NCBI GenBank assembly: GCA_963662285.2
Contig: CAXXMV010000006.1
Location: 736,001 to 800,000 of the forward strand
Source: a bacterium
GTDB lineage: Bacteria; Hinthialibacterota; Hinthialibacteria; Hinthialibacterales; Hinthialibacteraceae
Reading direction: 5' to 3'
Length of the DNA stretch: 64,000 bases
Shown here: in pieces, positions 29,567 through 39,632 of the stretch
How positions within the stretch are numbered: the stretch's first letter is position 1
How the letters are laid out: every line of letters starts with the position of its first letter
Made by a program: the position numbers and the translations under genes
The notes under the pieces: model-generated
The model's input: the letters and a program-made list of their open reading frames with translations, nothing else
What the model was told of the DNA's origin: nothing
Databases searched by the model: none

Positions 29567-30382
29567 CTAGTTCCCCTTGCTTCGCGCTTGCTCAACCGCG
29601 AATACAAAATCAGCGTCCGCATTATCGTCGAGGATATAGCAGCGGTAACCAGTAATTGCCAACACCAGGCGTTTGTATTGGTCGAGGTAGTATTCATAGG
29701 GCAAAACGCCATGACCGATCTGCTGATAGCAGTCCAGTTGCAACTTATCTCCATTCCAATCAATGGATGATGTATCCCGGTAGGAAATGGTTTGTATTCC
29801 CTTCAAGCGTAGGAAATTTTCCAGTAATTGAAATTTAGGCGGTTTATACGGATAATTGGTTTTAAAGCGTTGAATCGCGGCAAAAAGCCCCCAATCCGTC
29901 GTCACCCGATTTTCGATTTTGCGGTGTAAGGGCGCGCCGTTTTGAGTGATAGTTAATTGGCTATCTATTAAGGAGCCAGTCTGTTTTGTTGAGAGGTTTT
30001 CGACAAATATCCCGTTTTTATCCGTAAACCAGTTTGAGACGTCCCATTGGAATGGTTCGTATAACTCATCATTTTTATGGCATTTGGCATTTACGGAAAT
30101 ATTGTGCAGCACGCCCTGGTTATTGAGCAGTTGCTGCTGACAATTCAAGCCGATAGTAGAGCCATCAAAAAATGAACCGGGATTGATTTTAAGGAAACCG
30201 ACGTTTTTGTTCGATTTATCGCGGTGACCGTAACAAGTCCAAATACGGTATACCGGATTAAAAATATATTTTGAAGGGATATCTTTGTTCTGCTCAGGCG
30301 CTTGGCCTAGAACGCCAAGTTCATTAAGCATATCCGGCGTTATTGGCGTGCGGACGAATGTTTCTGTTCCTGGAGGAATCAT
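29567..30382 (-). CDS. Hypothetical protein upstream of sulfatase
   Basis: 271-aa ORF, GGAG SD, 2 nt from sulfatase start. Confidence 0.65.
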   Translation of the reverse strand: MIPPGTETFVRTPITPDMLNELGVLGQAPEQNKDIPSKYIFNPVYRIWTCYGHRDKSNKNVGFLKINPGSFFDGSTIGLNCQQQLLNNQGVLHNISVNAKCHKNDELYEPFQWDVSNWFTDKNGIFVENLSTKQTGSLIDSQLTITQNGAPLHRKIENRVTTDWGLFAAIQRFKTNYPYKPPKFQLLENFLRLKGIQTISYRDTSSIDWNGDKLQLDCYQQIGHGVLPYEYYLDQYKRLVLAITGYRCYILDDNADADFVFAVEQARSKGN

Positions 30383-30413
30383 GATATTCTCCCCGATAAA
30401 TCAAATGAGCGGA

Positions 30414-31010
30414 TTATTTGATTATTTTGAATAATGCTGTGAATTTCTTTCTTTGATTTAACGGTTCTATGTTGCGTGATACAGCTTTTATTTTATTGAA
30501 TAGGGTGAAAACTTTTTTACCTATCAACATGCGTTTTGGTTTAAGCATACCGCTGTTACTAAACAATTTCCTGGGCGAATAAGTCATCGTTGAATACAGC
30601 GGAACTGTTGTTTGGTTTGCCTTCTGTTCATAAGGCGCTTCTTCTGATTGGTCAGTTTCCTCATCAGGAATTTGGTCGGCCAACGGGTTATCCTGTTCTT
30701 GCGCATTGGCGTCGGGTTTGGTATATGAGCCATCGCCGATCCATATAGCGAATGGCTGTTTTTCTTCGATTGGACCGCAAATAAGGATGCTATTTTTCGG
30801 GTGTCCGTTCCACTCGTCGTTAATACGGTATAAGGCCAGATCGCGTTTGCGTGATATGACGCCTTTTTCGGCTGCCAGGCGGAGAGGGATATCAGTGACT
30901 GGATCAATCTCAAACGGCGTCATTTCCATTGGTTCCGGACCGAATGTGTAGGATATCCATTTGTTCTTAATATTTGTTTTTTTATTGTTCTTGATGTTTT
31001 CTTCTGTCAT
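30414..31010 (-). CDS. Hypothetical protein
   Basis: 198-aa ORF co-oriented with downstream genes. Confidence 0.55.
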   Translation of the reverse strand: MTEENIKNNKKTNIKNKWISYTFGPEPMEMTPFEIDPVTDIPLRLAAEKGVISRKRDLALYRINDEWNGHPKNSILICGPIEEKQPFAIWIGDGSYTKPDANAQEQDNPLADQIPDEETDQSEEAPYEQKANQTTVPLYSTMTYSPRKLFSNSGMLKPKRMLIGKKVFTLFNKIKAVSRNIEPLNQRKKFTALFKIIK

Positions 31011-31491
31011 TAGTTCTTGAAATCTTTTTCTTTAGATTGAGTTAGAATGATTTCCAAAATTCAGCGTGTTCAAAACGCATAAACATTTGAAAATATCCAT
31101 AGAAAAGTATCTAATACTGATTTCGGGTGGATTGGAAGAGATAAGGAAAAGCAAAATATAAGCGATCTTTAAGAATCAAGTAATATTAATGGGCGATTTT
31201 TGATGGAATAGATGAAATTATCCTTGAGCGAATTATGGTTGGCGTCCCGTATATTTTGGGCAAATGTTCCGGCTTTTTTTGTGGGGAATTCCCCTACAAT
31301 AAAATCAGCATTTACTGGTATTTAATCCTTGAATACTGATAGTATCATTAAACAGACCGTATTTATAAGTACATTTTTTATGTTTTTTGATATATTAATA
31401 TTATTGAACTATTGTTATGAATTATATGGTCGTTGAGGTTGGTATGGTTAGGTTGTTATAAGCATATCATGCAGAATTGAGGATAAGAAAA

Positions 31492-31665
31492 ATGAGAAAT
31501 GTTAATTTTCATCAATATCAGGTTTCACAGTGGCTTCAACCGAGTCGTGGTTCCATAATGCATAGCAATGGTTTGCCGCAAAGAAAATCTTATTTGCAGC
31601 GTAGTTGGATCTGGGCTACATTAGTGCTGGCTCTGATTGCGGCAGTATGGGGATGGGGATTTTAG
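31492..31665 (+). CDS. Possible small membrane protein
   Basis: GAGG SD; C-terminal WIWATLVLALIAAVWGWGF TM segment. Confidence 0.3.
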   Translation: MRNVNFHQYQVSQWLQPSRGSIMHSNGLPQRKSYLQRSWIWATLVLALIAAVWGWGF

Positions 31666-31928
31666 ATATCCTAAATCCTATCAAGGCCGTTTGAAGAATA
31701 GATTGATTAGTTTCATTGAAGCTAGCAATTCTATAAGTTCATATTTCTGCAGCATATCCAGTTACTCAAAGCAGTTCTATTTTTGTGACAGATCTTCGAT
31801 AATCCTCTTCAGAGATTTGCATAATAACATTATTATTCGCCGATAATATCCTCTTATCATCTCCAATTGTCGTTCTTTCTATGGTATCGTAAATCAATAT
31901 GAAATTATCCCGAAATAGGAGGAGAATT

Positions 31929-33221
31929 ATGTTTCGAAAATATTATCTTATCAGTTTAACCGTTATGCTGGCAATGACTTGCGCATTTGTTGGCGAGGTT
32001 TATGCGCAGGACAGCGATGTGAATTATGATGAATCGAAAGTTCCCCGGTTTGAGTTGCCCGATCCACTGCTTCTATTAGATGGCACAAAGGTGTATGACG
32101 CTCAGACCTGGGTCGGTAAACGTCGTCCTGAAATACTGCAATTGTTTGAAGAACATGTTTATGGCAAGACTCCAGATGACATAATCCCTATGGGGTATCG
32201 AATATCCGAAAACCGCAATGCCTTGGGAGGCAAAGCCATTCTCAGGCAGATCACCATGACTCCACAGAACAATAAGGATTTGAATATTGAGTTGCTGGTT
32301 TTTCTGCCTAAAAACGCGGATAAACCCGTGCCCCTGTTTATTGGGTTGAATTTCCAGGGCAATCACGCAATCCATCCTGATCCATCAATCAAAATAAGCC
32401 CGGTTCGCATCGCTGATATGAAGCGTCAGGCCAAAGGCAAAAAGATTGATATCGAAGCCACTCGAGGCGCTGCGGCGTCGCGTTGGGCGGTTGATATGAT
32501 TCTTGATCGTGGTTACGGCCTAGCGACCATCTATTGCGGTGATCTTGATCCCGACTATAACGACGGTTTCCATGATGGCATCCATCCGCTTTTCTATAAA
32601 GATGGGAAGACGCAACCGGGGCCGGACGAGTGGGGAACCATCGGCGCTTGGGCCTGGGGACTCAGCCGCGCTTTGGATTATTTCATTACTGATGAAGATG
32701 TTGATCAAAACCACGTAGCGGTTATGGGGCATTCACGCTTGGGTAAAACGTCGCTTTGGGCGGGAGCGCAGGATGAGCGTTTTGCGATGGTAATCTCCAA
32801 TGATTCAGGCTGCGGAGGCGCAGCGTTGTCACGGCGCCGTTTTGGTGAAAAAGTCGCCCGTATCAATACATCATTTCCCCATTGGTTCTGCGATAATTTC
32901 CAGAAGTATAATGATAATGAGGATCAACTGCCGGTTGATCAGCATATGTTAATTGCATTAATGGCGCCACGTCCGGTATATGTGGCCAGCGCTGAAGATG
33001 ATCGTTGGGCTGATCCACGCGGCGAATTTCTATCAGCAAGAAGCGCTGGTAGGGTTTACCGTTTATTTGAATTGGAAGGCGTAGGAACCAGAAGAATGCC
33101 CGAAGTGAATAAGCCGGTTGGAGACTATATAGGTTATCATATCCGCACTGGCAAACATGACGTCACCGATTTTGATTGGACGCAGTATCTTAATTTCGCC
33201 GACAAGCATTTTAAGAAATAA
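31929..33221 (+). CDS. CE15 glucuronoyl esterase-like protein
   Basis: AWAWGLSR, GHSRLGK, SGCGG, PVDQHML, WADPRGE, GKHD; AGGAGG SD; signal peptide. Confidence 0.9.
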   Translation: MFRKYYLISLTVMLAMTCAFVGEVYAQDSDVNYDESKVPRFELPDPLLLLDGTKVYDAQTWVGKRRPEILQLFEEHVYGKTPDDIIPMGYRISENRNALGGKAILRQITMTPQNNKDLNIELLVFLPKNADKPVPLFIGLNFQGNHAIHPDPSIKISPVRIADMKRQAKGKKIDIEATRGAAASRWAVDMILDRGYGLATIYCGDLDPDYNDGFHDGIHPLFYKDGKTQPGPDEWGTIGAWAWGLSRALDYFITDEDVDQNHVAVMGHSRLGKTSLWAGAQDERFAMVISNDSGCGGAALSRRRFGEKVARINTSFPHWFCDNFQKYNDNEDQLPVDQHMLIALMAPRPVYVASAEDDRWADPRGEFLSARSAGRVYRLFELEGVGTRRMPEVNKPVGDYIGYHIRTGKHDVTDFDWTQYLNFADKHFKK

Positions 33222-33243
33222 GATTTATTTCAACCCCCATCGT

Positions 33244-33272
33244 GTAGGGTGGGTCAGCTTTACCGACCCACC
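33244..33272. repeat. GTAG-type REP-like palindrome
   Basis: GTAGGGTGGGTC-AGCTTTACC-GACCCACC. Confidence 0.55.
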
Positions 33273-33294
33273 AAAAAAACACCTTATCATTAAA

Positions 33295-33328
33295 ATTGCC
33301 CTCTACCCTTCTTCGGGTAGAGGGCAAT
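33295..33328. terminator. Perfect 14-bp hairpin between convergent genes
   Basis: ATTGCCCTCTACCC-TTCTTC-GGGTAGAGGGCAAT. Confidence 0.65.
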
Positions 33329-33351
33329 GTAATTTACTTAAGTAATTTTAT

Positions 33352-33424
33352 CTCACCTTTCTCCCAATATTGGGTGGTTTGATCAAGGGCTGACCGCAAT
33401 GCGGTCTTGCCCTTGCCACCCATC
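33352..33424 (+). repeat. Second copy of the ~70-bp palindromic repeat (see 12515-12587)
   Basis: Direct sequence identity. Confidence 0.9.
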
Positions 33425-33459
33425 TAGGGGTGTGAGCATTACTTGGGTGAATTATGATA

Positions 33460-33495
33460 CCCCCTCACCCTAACCCTCTCCCGGCGGGAGAGGGG
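33460..33495. repeat. CCCCTCACCCTAACCCTCTCCC...GGGAGAGGGG palindromic repeat
   Basis: Related inverted copy at 62198-62232. Confidence 0.7.
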
Positions 33496-33563
33496 ACAAC
33501 ATGGCTTAACTTAATAACAAAGGGGGCGTTTTTCTAAAACGTCATATTTTTAATTGACATATA

Positions 33564-35033
33564 TCACGCATGGACGCTGGGGTTCCATTCCAGCCCAGGA
33601 ATATCGTAGGTGTCTTCTTTCTCTTCCCAGACGATGCGGATGTCTTTGAAGCGGCAGAAGCGTTTCAGGTCTTGGGTGTTGTCGCCATAGAAAACAACGC
33701 GATGAAGGCCGCAGGAATAGTTCTCCAGTAATTTCTGGGCGTCTTGCACCTTGGTGGTTATCTTGGTGCGGCAGCCCCGGTCTACGTCGGGAGTATCGAT
33801 AATTTCGCCAGTGGAGAAGAGCATCAGGTCAGTTCCGATCAAGCGTGCTAACGACATGGGCTGTCCGGTTCGCATTTTGACTTGCAGCGAAACGCCTCTG
33901 GCGTCTTCCAGGTGATTGCGAATAATATAGGGGCACTGTTCACCATTGGAGCCATCCATTTTTAAGGCGGAGACGCAATGGGCGTGGATGACGGTGTTAT
34001 TGGATACATCAATCACTGGATCGGTAACGAATCCCGTCTTACCGATGAGTGATTGGAAGATCAACTGGGTCATGGTTGATTTCAGATCGGCTTCGCAGAC
34101 GCCGCCAAGTCCCATGCCGTTGAGACGCGAGAAGCCCAGGCAGGGGTAAGCCAGACCTTTGTCCATTAATCCTACGCCAAGGCAATCAATGGTGATGATA
34201 TCGGCTTTTTCCTCTTCCAGAAGTTTGAGCAGCGCATAGTACATGCGTGAGGAATCGATTATCTCCTGTCTGGTTGGTTCGACGATCTTTTCAGCTTCGT
34301 TGATCCATCGTTTGGCGTCGTCCATAACCAGTTTCTGGTCTGCGGCATGGTAGGCCGCTTCGAGTTGGGGATACTCGACGTTTATGATTTCCGTCCCGAA
34401 TTTCTGCTTGATGTTTTTACAGTATTCTTTATCCGGGCCGCCTTGTCTCATATATAGCACTTTGGCTTCTTTGAGCCGGTGAATGGCTCTGAAGGGGCGT
34501 ACCGCCTTCGCTAAATCCCCATAATCGCTGCTGGGGATAACCTCGATCATCTCGCCCCGTTTCTGCAAAGAAGCGACGATATGCCATTCGTGTCCTGAAT
34601 ATGGGGTGGAGAATAGCACTATGGGGACTTTCAATTCGAGCATTTTGATGAATATCGGTCCCGTACCGAGGCTTAAATGAACGGCCAGGACGCCATCGAT
34701 ATCCTTGAACTTCTCCATAATATCCGGCAACTGATTAACCGATGATATCAGGTCGCCTCCCACGAATTCGATATCGCTGAAGGCTGGTTTGAGTTTATCG
34801 AATTCCGCTTCAAAGCGCCTCACTTCCTCATCCAGATTGAGGTTTGCTTTGGGCCATCCCGGTTGGGAGCGTCCCAGATACACCTTGGCGACGCGCGTCT
34901 TCGACATTCCTTTTCTTAGAAATGGCGCCGCTTCGATTGCGCTGGCTGATGCGGGGCGCATTAACGAACTGAGTCCGATGGCGCCTGCTGCTGTTGCTCC
35001 AAAAAAATCCCTGCGTTTAATTTCATGAGTCAT
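33564..35033 (-). CDS. Tat-signal L-fucose/L-arabinose isomerase-like protein
   Basis: RRDFFG Tat motif; CEADL, GFVTDP, HAHC, GCRTK, GLHRVVFYGD. Confidence 0.7.
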   Translation of the reverse strand: MTHEIKRRDFFGATAAGAIGLSSLMRPASASAIEAAPFLRKGMSKTRVAKVYLGRSQPGWPKANLNLDEEVRRFEAEFDKLKPAFSDIEFVGGDLISSVNQLPDIMEKFKDIDGVLAVHLSLGTGPIFIKMLELKVPIVLFSTPYSGHEWHIVASLQKRGEMIEVIPSSDYGDLAKAVRPFRAIHRLKEAKVLYMRQGGPDKEYCKNIKQKFGTEIINVEYPQLEAAYHAADQKLVMDDAKRWINEAEKIVEPTRQEIIDSSRMYYALLKLLEEEKADIITIDCLGVGLMDKGLAYPCLGFSRLNGMGLGGVCEADLKSTMTQLIFQSLIGKTGFVTDPVIDVSNNTVIHAHCVSALKMDGSNGEQCPYIIRNHLEDARGVSLQVKMRTGQPMSLARLIGTDLMLFSTGEIIDTPDVDRGCRTKITTKVQDAQKLLENYSCGLHRVVFYGDNTQDLKRFCRFKDIRIVWEEKEDTYDIPGLEWNPSVHA

Positions 35034-35260
35034 GTTTTATCTCCCGGATGTTTTTATGAAAAATACCGAACAATGATATGTTTGATACGACGATAGACCA
35101 GTATCTTCATCTCATAAAATTAATCTTATCATATCGTTTATAGGGTTAATAGGAATTATTTGTTTTTTATATGTTTTTATCCTTATAGGAAACTAAAGAT
35201 CGATTGATTTTTACCGAACATTGATAGTAAGCCTGAAAGCATTGGTATGGAGCAGTGATT

Positions 35261-35482
35261 ATGAATTGTTATCTTCAAACAAAGGATCTGCTTAAAGAAG
35301 CGCACCGTTTGGCGGATGTCTATGTTGGCAGGGAAATAATTGATCATTCCGAAAAACAGATTCTTTCATTAAACATGGCGCGCAGTTCATTTGTAGCTCA
35401 TTCGATATATGCGGGACATGACCGCGTGATTGTTGAAAGAGTAGCCGACTACGTATTCAGTTCTTTTGTTTCCGCCAGATAG
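35261..35482 (+). CDS. Small hypothetical protein
   Basis: GGAG SD, 73-aa ORF in an otherwise empty region. Confidence 0.35.
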   Translation: MNCYLQTKDLLKEAHRLADVYVGREIIDHSEKQILSLNMARSSFVAHSIYAGHDRVIVERVADYVFSSFVSAR

Positions 35483-35673
35483 TAGTGCTTAACAAAATAA
35501 CATTCATTTTCGCGTTTGGAAAAAGCACGAAAAGATTGGATTTGCCAAGACTAATGGCAATAATAAACGAATATAATTTTGACAACCGCTCTATCATCGT
35601 ACATAATATTTATAACTTGCTATTTTATTTACTATAATAAACTGTTTTTAATCTAGCTTATTAGGAGCGAAAC

Positions 35674-35913
35674 ATGGAATATATTGGTTTAGAAGAAACT
35701 AAAACTCATTTGTCGGATATCATTTCTAAAGTATGTGATGGGCGAGAATATACTATTACGCGTAAGGGGACGCCTGTAGCCCGGTTAATTCCAGCAGAAA
35801 AGCCTAACAAAGAAGCATCTAAACAGGCTTTAATAAGAGCAAAAAAACTACGTGAAAAACTAACGCTGGGAGATTTGAATCTCAACGATTTAATAGAGGA
35901 AGGAAGAAGATAA
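35674..35913 (+). CDS. Phd/YefM-family antitoxin
   Basis: ETKTHLSDII..V..G...TITRKGTPVARLIP. Confidence 0.9.
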   Translation: MEYIGLEETKTHLSDIISKVCDGREYTITRKGTPVARLIPAEKPNKEASKQALIRAKKLREKLTLGDLNLNDLIEEGRR

Positions 35914-35916
35914 ATA

Positions 35917-36333
35917 GTGGATTTTGTTTTAGATTGTTCGACAACAATGGCATTTTTTTTCAAAGATGAAATTTCTTTCTATTCCGATTACGTCTTTGAA
36001 GCGTTAGCAGATAATGCGAAAGCGTTGGTTCCGGCAATATGGCCATTGGAAATCGCTAATGTCTGCTTGATCGCTGAACGAAGAAAACGTATACAATTAG
36101 GTGAAATCAAAGAAATCATAGATATCCTATCAACTTTCCCAATATATATAGTCGAATCCGCTCCTGTACCAAATATAATGGATGTAATTTCTTTTAGCCG
36201 AAAATATGATCTTACTTCTTATGATGCTTCTTATTTAGCTATTGCTAAACGAGAAAGGATTACCATAGCCACTTTAGATAAGAAACTCAAAGAAACCGCC
36301 AAAAAAGCGCGTGTTCGAATATTTACCCCTTAA
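35917..36333 (+). CDS. vapC: VapC PIN-domain toxin
   Basis: VLDCS, WPLEIAN, LTSYDASYLAIA, ATLDKKL. Confidence 0.9.
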   Translation: MDFVLDCSTTMAFFFKDEISFYSDYVFEALADNAKALVPAIWPLEIANVCLIAERRKRIQLGEIKEIIDILSTFPIYIVESAPVPNIMDVISFSRKYDLTSYDASYLAIAKRERITIATLDKKLKETAKKARVRIFTP

Positions 36334-36553
36334 GGTAAGTTGAGAATTATGTACAAAGATTGTGTATTTGATGATTCATTCCTATAAAATTTACTAATTA
36401 TTCGTATTGAATCCTACTTTTTTCCAAAAATTCCCCTTTTTTCCCTTTTTGATTGAAATTTGTTAAGTATAAAAATATCAAATATTTAATCTGTAATGCG
36501 ATATAATTATGTTTTAATTCAGAAAAAAAACCGGAAAAAAAATAGAAAATATG

Positions 36554-36581
36554 TTGACATATTGGAAAGTCGATATATACT
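36554..36581 (+). promoter_or_regulatory. Putative sigma-70 promoter of the flp/tad cluster
   Basis: TTGACA, 16 nt, TATACT, with A-rich sequence upstream. Confidence 0.5.
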
Positions 36582-36822
36582 TTCCTGAGTAAGAATAGAG
36601 TGATCCAGTTTTAATCTAAATTTATTGTGAGCATCTGAGATTTGTTTTAATTAATTGTTATTCATTGAATGTTTTCGTCTAGAGCAATAATTGTAACATT
36701 TATATGCAGGATTGAGGGATACTGCCAAGTTCATTAGAGAATGCCTCAGTGGGTTCTTTGAAGAGATGCGGTATTTTTTTTAACTCGCATGACATTACTT
36801 GCTAAAGTAAGGGTGTACCGAA

Positions 36823-37029
36823 ATGTTACTAGGGCGGTTGCAAGCGCATTTTCCACCATCTATTAAAAGATTCCTTTTTGAGGATAACGGACCAACTGTG
36901 GTCGAGTATGGCGTCCTTTTGTCGGTAATTATTGTGGTCTGCATCACCATAATCATGACATTTGGAAATCAACTTGTAGGGATGTTCACAAATTCCAGCA
37001 CAGAGATAGCCGTAATTCCCGGATCGTGA
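36823..37029 (+). CDS. flp: Flp type IVc pilin (copy 1)
   Basis: EDNG|PTVVEY followed by hydrophobic helix. Confidence 0.8.
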   Translation: MLLGRLQAHFPPSIKRFLFEDNGPTVVEYGVLLSVIIVVCITIIMTFGNQLVGMFTNSSTEIAVIPGS

Positions 37030-37117
37030 TAAGCGGGAATTAAATTAACCGTGGTTGTAAATCCCTAGCGCAAGACGCAGGGAATAAAATAAAAAAGCAG
37101 TACTTAGGAGAAGAAAA

Positions 37118-37306
37118 ATGAAGAACATGATCCAGACAGTAAAACAGTTTTTAGTCGAAGAAGATGGACCCACCGCAGTTGAGTATGCAGTTCTGCTCGG
37201 ATTGATCATCATTGGCGCTATCACCATCCTGGTTACCTTTGGTGGACAGATTACCAACATCTTCACCAACGCCTCAACCGAAGTTGGTGCTGTTCCAGGC
37301 GCGTAA
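37118..37306 (+). CDS. flp: Flp type IVc pilin (copy 2)
   Basis: EEDG|PTAVEY; AGGAG SD. Confidence 0.92.
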   Translation: MKNMIQTVKQFLVEEDGPTAVEYAVLLGLIIIGAITILVTFGGQITNIFTNASTEVGAVPGA

Positions 37307-37546
37307 TGATTTCATGTTGGAACATGGAAAAAATGTTGAGGGAGAGTTGCACATACGGAAGGAGGGAACTGAGGATTTCGTGAACAAGGTAAAAGAGGTG
37401 ACTGTTTTGAATAGTAACTTATATCGGCTTAAAACAGTCTGGTTCATACAGTCTAGTTCATAAAATTCTCGGGTCGTATGGCTGCTCTCCCTCAATAGAT
37501 TCAGGAAACATCGCATTAAAAAAACAACGAGGAGCGAAAGAAAATC

Positions 37547-38065
37547 ATGAAACCGGAAATCGTTAGCGCCATAATAATCCTGGCAATCGCCGCTTATATA
37601 GATTGGAAAGAACATAGAGTACCTAATTGGTTGACCTTCTCAGCCTGGGGACTCGGCATCCTTTTCCACGCGCTTAGTGGCGGCATCTCCGGCATTAGTT
37701 TAAGCCTACTAGGAACTGTAGCCGGTCTGGCCACTTTAATTATTCCATACGCCCTGCGCGGCATGGGAGCGGGAGACGTTAAATTAATGGCCGCCGTCGG
37801 AGCATGGGTGGGCGCTTCGATCACGCTTCATGCATTTCTTTGGATCACCGTTGCCGGCGGTGTGATGGGGCTTTATTCCATTCTGCGTTCACCGGAAGTA
37901 AGGCAGCGCTTCGCCACAATGACCATTGCGGGACGCAACCTTATATCTTTAAAGCGCTTGGATTTGGGTCAAAGCGAAAAAACTCCACGCCGCATCCTTC
38001 TACCTTATGGCGTACCCATCGCGATTGGCTTCTATGCTTACTTTATCTTTGGAGGATTGATCTGA
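37547..38065 (+). CDS. cpaA: Prepilin peptidase A24 (CpaA/TadV)
   Basis: D..EHRVPNWLT, MGAGDVKL, LPYGVPIA. Confidence 0.92.
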   Translation: MKPEIVSAIIILAIAAYIDWKEHRVPNWLTFSAWGLGILFHALSGGISGISLSLLGTVAGLATLIIPYALRGMGAGDVKLMAAVGAWVGASITLHAFLWITVAGGVMGLYSILRSPEVRQRFATMTIAGRNLISLKRLDLGQSEKTPRRILLPYGVPIAIGFYAYFIFGGLI

Positions 38066-38490
38066 TGAACGGTTCAACAGGCATCCGTTTTAAGAGAAGT
38101 GAAAAAGCTTCAGCAGTAGTTGAGTTTGCTGTAGTTTTGCCTATCCTGCTGGCGTTTTTATTTGGAATATTAGAGTTTGGCCGGGTAATGATGGTTTGTC
38201 ATACCCTCAATAACGCTGCACGGGCCGGAGCGCGCATCGCCGTACTTCCCGGAGCTGATAATACAGCCGTGCTTAATGCCATCAATTCGGAATTGAGCGG
38301 CAGTGGATTAACCATGGATGTTATTGAATTCACCCCATCCGATGTAGCAGACGCCAATAGAGATGATCCCGTATCTGTTTCAGTTCGCATAAATTATGAC
38401 TCAATTGGTTTTGTAACGGGATTCTTTCCCATGTTAAACGGCGTGCAATTCAAAGGAACGGCTGTTATGCGTAAAGAAGGTTTTATCTGA
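38065..38490 (+). CDS. tadE: TadE-like pseudopilin
   Basis: AVVEFAVVLPILL..GILEFG..AARAGAR; true start ATG 38065. Confidence 0.88.
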   Translation: MNGSTGIRFKRSEKASAVVEFAVVLPILLAFLFGILEFGRVMMVCHTLNNAARAGARIAVLPGADNTAVLNAINSELSGSGLTMDVIEFTPSDVADANRDDPVSVSVRINYDSIGFVTGFFPMLNGVQFKGTAVMRKEGFI

Positions 38491-38564
38491 TCAAATGTAA
38501 CAATTTAGCCGCATGAATTAATAACATAATTATCAGGCTTTATACAAAGCGTTTATGCCAAAAT

Positions 38565-38646
38565 TCTCCCCCCAAACTTGGGGGGAGTTAGAGGGGGGTT
38601 GCTCTTGATCAACCCCCTCCTAACCTCCCCCAGGCTTGGTGGAGGA
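38565..38646. repeat. Pair of inverted CCCCTC-family palindromes (BIME-like) within the tad operon
   Basis: CTCCCCCCAAACTTGGGGGGAGTTAGAGGGGG ... CCCCCTCCTAACCTCCCCCAGGCTTGGTGGAGG. Confidence 0.7.
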
Positions 38647-38731
38647 ATAAAACGCTCGAATTGGCAGACCTGTTAGGATCAATTGAATACACGTTTTTTG
38701 AGGGACTTATCAAGTATCTGAGGAGAATATC

Positions 38732-39583
38732 ATGACCAAGCGAGCTGGCTTTTTAGTTTTACTGTTTGCCCTTTTTTCCGGTTTGATTGCCAGTGCGGCA
38801 GTGATGAAATACGTCCGTAATATTAATGAGCAAAAGCTGATAGTTCCTCAAACTGCTCCGGTGGTAGTGTCAAAAGTGAGTATTCCTGCGGGCGGAGTAA
38901 TTCTTGATTCACAAATCGAAGTCGTTCAACGACCTATAACTGATATTCCATCCAGTTCTATAAAAACCATAAAGTCAGCCGAAGGGCGCATCGTACGAAC
39001 CACCATATTTCCCGGTGAGGTGATCATGGATGAACGTCTGGTAAAACCCGGTTCGTTAGGGGGGCTTCCTTCATTAATACCAACGGGAATGCGGGCTATA
39101 ACTCTGAAAGTGGATGAGACAACCAGCGTTTCGGGATTCGTCCGTCCGGGACATTTCGTTGATATTCTAACTACCATTGACGTCGCTGGTGGTGAAAAGA
39201 CTATTACAAAAACAATACTGCAAAATATCCGGGTTATTGCGACCGGGCATGAGATCGAAAATGGTCATGAAGATAAAAAGGTAAAAGTAATTCCCACTAT
39301 TACCGTTCTGGCCACTCTTGAGCAGTCTGAACGGATTGCTTTGGCAACCAATGCCGGTTCGATCCGTCTGGTGCTGCGCAATCATGAAGACGTTGAAGAG
39401 GTTATAACTGAAGGCGTATCTCTAAGCAGCCTGATTCCTCAAGCCAATCATGATATTGAATTATCTCCGCCGGTTTTGGTGGAGGCATTTGATGAGCCGG
39501 TTCCCCAATCAATACCCAATAATGTGCGAGTGGTGGAAGTATATCGTGGAACGCAAAAAACCGAGGTTACCTTCTCTAATTAA
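38732..39583 (+). CDS. cpaB: Flp pilus assembly protein CpaB/RcpC
   Basis: SAF-like domain; GMRAITL, VSGFVRPG..VDI, ILQNIRVIA, IRLVLRN. Confidence 0.92.
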   Translation: MTKRAGFLVLLFALFSGLIASAAVMKYVRNINEQKLIVPQTAPVVVSKVSIPAGGVILDSQIEVVQRPITDIPSSSIKTIKSAEGRIVRTTIFPGEVIMDERLVKPGSLGGLPSLIPTGMRAITLKVDETTSVSGFVRPGHFVDILTTIDVAGGEKTITKTILQNIRVIATGHEIENGHEDKKVKVIPTITVLATLEQSERIALATNAGSIRLVLRNHEDVEEVITEGVSLSSLIPQANHDIELSPPVLVEAFDEPVPQSIPNNVRVVEVYRGTQKTEVTFSN

Positions 39584-39632
39584 TCAATGGCAGTGAGACG
39601 CTGTTGGTGTGGAGAAGCGAAGGAGAATTCCC

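Noticed and set aside
36600-37117. c-di-GMP riboswitch in the flp leader or between the flp genes
   Set aside because: Only a short hairpin containing GACGCA; the rest of the class I architecture is not evident.
37804-38064. N-terminal extension of the tadE ORF in the track (likewise 41416, 46059, 3517 and 50552 starts)
   Set aside because: These extensions overlap upstream genes or promoters; better ATG starts lie downstream.
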